Of a stretch of 64,000 nt of DNA, positions 56,062-64,000 are shown one piece after another. How positions within the stretch are numbered: position 1 is the stretch's first letter; each line of letters opens with the position of its first letter. The position numbers were made by a program, and so were the translations under genes. Source of the DNA: Eledone cirrhosa (taxonomy: Eukaryota); contig OZ024745.1 of the NCBI GenBank assembly GCA_964016885.1, forward strand, positions 127,720,001-127,784,000. The letters run 5' to 3'. The notes under the pieces were generated by a model, which was not told the origin of the DNA, did not search any database, and saw only the letters and a program-made list of their open reading frames with translations.

Positions 56062-56638
56062 TACACACGTAAATATATATATAAACACATACATATATGT
56101 ATATATATATATATGCACACAAACACACACACTCCGCCAAGCTTTAAAAATGTCCAAGAAACGCCGTACGCCCTATGACTCCCTCAGGAGTTATGGAACC
56201 ACATCATGTTTAAAATTAGAAATATATCCAACATATACCATTTGAAACAGGTTTTTGTTCAGGTTTGTCCTCAAAAGTAGAACAATTTTGAGGAGATCTG
56301 ATGTTGTTGATGTAAACGTTTGATTGGTAAGCGATAAGCACTATATTGATTTCTCATTTTCCAGCCACCAAGGGGTGATAGAGGTAAACAAGTAAAATAT
56401 GTTGTATATGCTTTTTCAAGGACATTAGTAAGATGTATCAATTGAAATGGCTTCCACCTGGGATTTAAATAGTATTATTATAGTTTTTAGATGTTTTGTT
56501 TGAAAACGACTAATAAAATATTAAAAACTGTACATGTAGCGTTGTTTGAGTGATTTGTTCGTTTTGTGTAGCATGGAATATATTGGTGAAAAATGTGTGT
56601 GTGTGTGTGGGGGGGGGGGGGTTATGTATATATGTATG

Positions 56639-56672
<34 letters not shown>

Positions 56673-56674
56673 TG

Positions 56675-56708
<34 letters not shown>

Positions 56709-57001
56709 TGTATGTATGTATGTATGTATGTATATGTATGCATGTATGTCTGTCTGTATGAATATATGTATGTATGTATATGTATGCATGTATGTCTGTA
56801 TGAATGTATGTATGTATGTATATGTATGCATGTATGTCTGTATGAATGTATGTCTTTATGAATGTATGTATATGTATGCATGTATGTCTGTCTGTATGAA
56901 TATATATATGTATTTATGTATGTATATATATGCATGTCTGTCTGTCTGTATGAATGTATGTATGTCTTCATTTCTAACCACAGCCGATTTCTTGCAGATA
57001 A

Positions 57002-57055
<54 letters not shown>

Positions 57056-57082
57056 ATGTGTGTGTGTGTGTATGTGTGTGTG

Positions 57083-57148
<66 letters not shown>

Positions 57149-57211
57149 AAGAGATGAAATGAGTAAAATATAAAGAAAGAATCCACGCCAGTACTAGAGA
57201 GAGAGAGAGAG

Positions 57212-57279
<68 letters not shown>

Positions 57280-57689
57280 CAATCCGACGTTTTAGCAAAT
57301 ATACTGCCGAAGCTATCATCATAGTATTGTGTAAACGATTCAAATGTGATTAATTACTGAAACGAATGTTGTGTAATACGGTTACTGTTTGAAGTTTTAT
57401 TCTTTCTAAGTGTCTTTTTATTGTTTATGTTATATTTGTGTTTGTTATTTGAGGTGCTAGCGATATTATTGTAAGCGAAGGTAGAACATTGGAAGAATCA
57501 TTAAAGAGCTGGCTAGAATGTTTTTCAGAATTCGTTCCTCATTATTTCAAACTCTGCCATTGGCATTCACATTTTCGTGATCATGTTCTAAGAATCATTC
57601 TTTTTCTCCATATGTCTTCCCCGCTCTCTTCTTTCTCTCCCCCCCCCCCCTCTCTCTCTGTTTGTGTGTGTATATATATATATATATAA

Positions 57690-57905
57690 GCAGAAGGGAT
57701 ATTCAATTTGTTGGTAATTCAACACATATAAATGTTTATAAGTGGTTCAGAGCACTCAACAGTTTTCTGGAGTATAATATACAATGATATTAAATAAATG
57801 GAAACTATATTTATAAAACCATATTTCTTCTATTATATATATTTCAAAGGTACCAACATTTTGGTACGTTATCATCAGATAACATACGAAGTGTTTTTTA
57901 TAAAT
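57690..57905 (-). mobile_element. Family H pLTR fragment with HHR motif (57831-57882)
   Basis: TTAT-CTGATGA-TAACGTACCA AAATGT TGGTACCTTT-GAA-ATATATAT-A-ATA; GAGCACTCAACA at 57750-57761. Confidence 0.75.
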
Positions 57906-57917
57906 GTTGACACACAT

Positions 57918-57975
<58 letters not shown>

Positions 57976-58064
57976 TAAAATAACAGATTAAAGTTTAAGC
58001 AAAGAATCGCTGCTTTCACCCTTAACGGGATCTTAACAACGGATATTACCTTCCAGTGTTCTAC

Positions 58065-58145
<81 letters not shown>

Positions 58146-58176
58146 CACACACACATATTTATATATATACATACAT

Positions 58177-58261
<85 letters not shown>

Positions 58262-58720
58262 ATGAAAAATGGCGTGTTGCGTGATTAGTCCTTCATCAGT
58301 GATCTTCCAACCTTCATTTCTATTTCTTCGCTTTAAAGATCATATACCTCTGGTTGGTGCGAGCAATAACTAAAGAACGTTATTGGGACACGTAAAATAG
58401 GGTGAAGCGGGCGAGACATGTAAACAAACATAGATGGTAATGCAACGGAAAGAGAGGAAGAGGAGAAACAAGTCCGTGAACTTAAGTTCGGTGAAATCAT
58501 AGACGAGAGGTAAAGACCATCCGACCTGGGCGAGATGTGAGCGAGAAAAGGATTTCACACAGGCCAAACGGGAGGAAGTGAGAGAGGGGGAGAAGCAGAG
58601 AGTGAGTGAGTGAAAGTGTAGGGAAGAGGCCAGCCGAGAGAGAGCGACCGGCAGAGAGCGTAAAAAGAAGGTGAGAGATACAGAGAAAGGGGAAGCAGTA
58701 AGAAAGAAACAGACAGATCG
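58262..58720 (-). mobile_element. Family G copy
   Basis: Reverse complement of about 27470-27900; starts at (TA)n. Confidence 0.8.
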
Positions 58721-58760
58721 CAGCGGAGGTAAAAAAAAAAAAAATATATATATTTGTTTA

Positions 58761-60754
<1,994 letters not shown>

Positions 60755-60780
60755 TATATAATATATTTGTGTGTGAATGA

Positions 60781-61000
60781 GGGACGGTGGATTGGCAGTA
60801 TCGGTAGAGCCGGACGCCATGCTTTGCAGCATAGAGTTACGGTCCTTTACGGTCTGATTTCAAATCCCACCGAGGTAAACTTTGCCTTTCATCCTTACGG
60901 GGTCGATAAATAAAGTACCAGTATCGTACTGAGGTCGATTTAATCGACTGTCCCCTCCCTCAAATTACTGGCCTAGTCCCTATACTAGAAATCATTATTA
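60781..61000 (+). mobile_element. SINE family A, long form
   Basis: Family match. Confidence 0.9.
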
Positions 61001-61251
61001 GATTATGGGCGTAACGAACCATTGAGTTGAAGGGATTTTAATCAATCATATTGAACACTGGACTTAATTTTCATGTCTGGTAATTTTTTTATCGATCTCC
61101 TTTTAACAAGCTGCTAAGTTACGGGATCTAAACGAAGAAAGTACCTGTAATGAAATATGTTCGATTTAATCGTCGACTCTCCCCCTCTTTCAAAATTGTT
61201 GGCCTTGTGTCTAAATCAGAAAGCATTATATTATAATTTATATACTTATAT

Positions 61252-61446
61252 GGCGGTGGATTGGCAGTAACGGTAGAAGGTCGGACGTCATGCTTTGACG
61301 CAAAAGAATTACAGCCCTTTCCATTCTGAGTTCAAATCCCGCCGAGGTTAACTTTGCCTTTCATCCTTACGGGGTCGATAAAATAAAGTACAAGTAATGC
61401 ACTGGTTAATTGCTGGCCTTGAGTTAAATGTAGAAAAACAATTATA
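61252..61446 (+). mobile_element. SINE family A
   Basis: Family match. Confidence 0.9.
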
Positions 61447-62094
61447 ATTTATTATAAAAATTCAGTAACACAATCTGTGTGTCCTCCCTCCACTCTACCA
61501 TAATGTTGGTACTCAAATATTTAATAAAGGAGCAATACAAATTGAGGAAAACAATATTTCTCATTGTTCTCTCCAGATTTAATGATTAATTCTAAATAGC
61601 TTTTTAATGTAACTTTGTTTAAATATGTTAATACAAATTCAGTTATTTATAAGCTTTGTTGCGTTAATCGGAATACACCAACAGATCAAAAATGCTTTCA
61701 GTTTTTCTTATTTTTAACATAATTTCCATTAACTTTTTTCTGATAGACTGAATAAATTCTTTGCAATCGATACACGACAAAACTTTTTCTGATTAACTCT
61801 ATAAATTCCTTGCAATCACAGAATCGATATACGACACATCACACTTTTTAGCAGTCGCAAAATCGATACATCAATATGGCAAGGAACTCAGTCTTGGTAA
61901 CCACAACATATTTTCTCAGGTCAACTATTGTCATGTCACATTTCTCTTTATTCAAGCGTAAGGACATTATAACATGCTGTTCCCTAAAGATATGCCATTG
62001 GTTCAACAAAGGTAATATTATGTACGTACATTTTGTCACGATGTATAAATTAACAAATATTTTCATATTTCCATAATGGTGTTTGCAAATTTGA

Positions 62095-62281
62095 ATAATT
62101 GTTTCTACTTTTGGCACAAGGCCAGCAATTATTCCAGTGCATTACTGGTACTTTATCGACCTCGGAAGGATGAAAGGCAAACTTAACCTCGGCGGGATTT
62201 GAACTCAGACCGTAAAGTAGCGTAACTCTATGCTGCAAAGCATGGCGTCCGACCTTCTATCGATACTGCCAAACCACTGCC
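62095..62281 (-). mobile_element. SINE family A with TSD
   Basis: TSD CAAATTTGAATAAT at 62086-62099 and 62282-62295. Confidence 0.92.
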
Positions 62282-63093
62282 CAAATTTGAATAATATTGT
62301 ATGTTGTGGTATGATGTAGATTCTTAGATTTCAAACAGAGATCTGGTTTCAGGCAATGAGTTTCTTTTGGGCACTTAATATCCCATGGCATACACACCTC
62401 TTCAAATTTTAACTCGTTTGAACCATCGGAAACTACTACGAGTTTACTTGGGCAATATTGTATTTTCTTTAATAGGCTGATTAGCTTCTCTTGCAGGAAT
62501 TTAGTCTTTCCAATTGGCAGATGCGTGGAGTAAGCGGGGTAAGGTGGAATAAACAGTGGGGAAGTTGGTATAGATGGGGTTGGAGAATAAACGGGAGTGG
62601 GTGGAAAATATGGTAATTTTTCTACGTTGTCTCCGTTGATATCTTAAAAACTAGAATTAGTCGTTTAGTTTACATATCGAGACCCCAACCCACCCTATTT
62701 ATTTTATAACGTATGAAATTTCAAGTAATGTACTTTTTTTGTCATGTATAATTTTTTTTTTAAAGTATAAAATAATTTTTTGCCTGAGCAAGATTAGCAA
62801 AATTTAATAAGTGGATGACGTGGGCGTGGGGTGTCTGAAACATTATAAATGGGGTGGGGCGATTATTTGATACCTGAGAGTACTATTGGTGCTCACTGTA
62901 AGTCAGGTGGCCTCAGTTGATTTTCTTATAGTTCAGCATCTCTAGTCAAATCACTATAATATCCCTCTTGTCGTATCTGTTATTTTTCTATCTTTACCTT
63001 GCTGCAATTATATATTAGCGATGTTGCTTCTTATATATTGTTGTTATTATTGTTGTTGTTCATCTACAGCTATTAATATTATTGCTAATATTA

Positions 63094-63314
63094 GGACGGT
63101 AGATTGGAAGAATCGGTAGAGCGCCGGACAACATACTTTATGGCATAGGGTTACGGCCCTTTACGATTCTATTTTAAATCCTGCCGAGGTTAACTTTGCC
63201 TTTCATTCTTACGAGGTCGATAAAATAAAGTACCAGTCACGTACTGGGTCGATTTAATTGACTTTCCCCTCTCCCAAAATTGGTGACCTTGTGTCTATAT
63301 AAGAAACCATTATT
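63094..63314 (+). mobile_element. SINE family A, long form
   Basis: Family match. Confidence 0.88.
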
Positions 63315-63317
63315 GCT

Positions 63318-63339
63318 CTAGTAGTATTAGTAGTAATAT

Positions 63340-63380
<41 letters not shown>

Positions 63381-63630
63381 ATGGTGGTGGTAGTAGTAGT
63401 AGTAGTAGTGGTGTGGTGGTGGTGGTGGTAGTAGTAGTAGTAGTAATAGAAGTAGTAGTAGTAGTAATAGTAGTAGTAGTAGTAGAAGCAATAGTAGTAT
63501 TAGTAGCAGCAGCGGCAGCAGTAGTAGTAGAAGTAGTAATAGTAGTAGTAGTAGTAGTAGTAGTAGTAGGAGGAGGAGGAAGAGGAGGAGGAGAAGGAGG
63601 AGGAGGAGGAGGAGGAGGAGGAGGAGGGGG
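63318..63630. repeat. (TAG)n/(TGG)n/(GAG)n trinucleotide tract
   Basis: Direct reading. Confidence 0.95.
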
Positions 63631-63669
63631 AGAGAGAAGTTGTTCCCGTTGTTTCTAATGTCATTAATG

Positions 63670-63858
63670 TGGGTGGATTGGCAGTATCGGTAGAGGGTCG
63701 GACGCCATGCTTTGACACATAGAGTTACGGCCCTTGCCATTGTGAGTTCAAATCCCGCCGAGGTTAACTTTGCCTTTCATCCTTACGGGGTCGATAAAAT
63801 AAAGTACCAGTAATGTACTGGGATAATTGCTGGCCTTGTGCTAAAAGTAGAAGCAATT
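63670..63858 (+). mobile_element. SINE family A
   Basis: Family match. Confidence 0.92.
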
Positions 63859-64000
63859 AATTTTACTATTTTATTTCATTTATTAATGGATATCATTTTT
63901 GTTGGTAAAACTGAGGTAGGGTTAGCTTAACCGTGATTAAAAATAACTTATAATGAACACACCATTCCAATCATGGCCACCCCATCATTTATATTCAGTC

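Overview
AT-rich, microsatellite-saturated metazoan DNA, intronic or intergenic. The SINE and repeat repertoire looks like Octopus/cephalopod (from memory, not a database search). I cannot support any intact host gene; nearly all listed ORFs are artefacts of (TA)n, (CA)n, (GA)n, (TACC)n and similar tracts. The window contains: about 25 copies of one tRNA-derived SINE, CORE-type SINEs, decayed 3' fragments of RTE, L1/Tx1 and CRE LINEs, hAT, Tc1/mariner and piggyBac-type MITEs, and a probable 2-kb non-autonomous Helitron. The main signal is about 20 short non-coding inserts from at least 8 unrelated families, sitting in or next to (TA)n tracts and often folded back as inverted repeats. Many carry minimal type-I hammerhead ribozyme (HHR) motifs with a palindromic stem III, the signature of Penelope-like element (PLE) pseudo-LTRs and retrozyme-like elements. 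Four HHRs replace the C3-G8 core pair with U3-A8 (UUGANAA). Several families share an RTYGAGTRCTY-like motif near their 3' end. Coordinates and folds were read by hand, so repeat edges are approximate.
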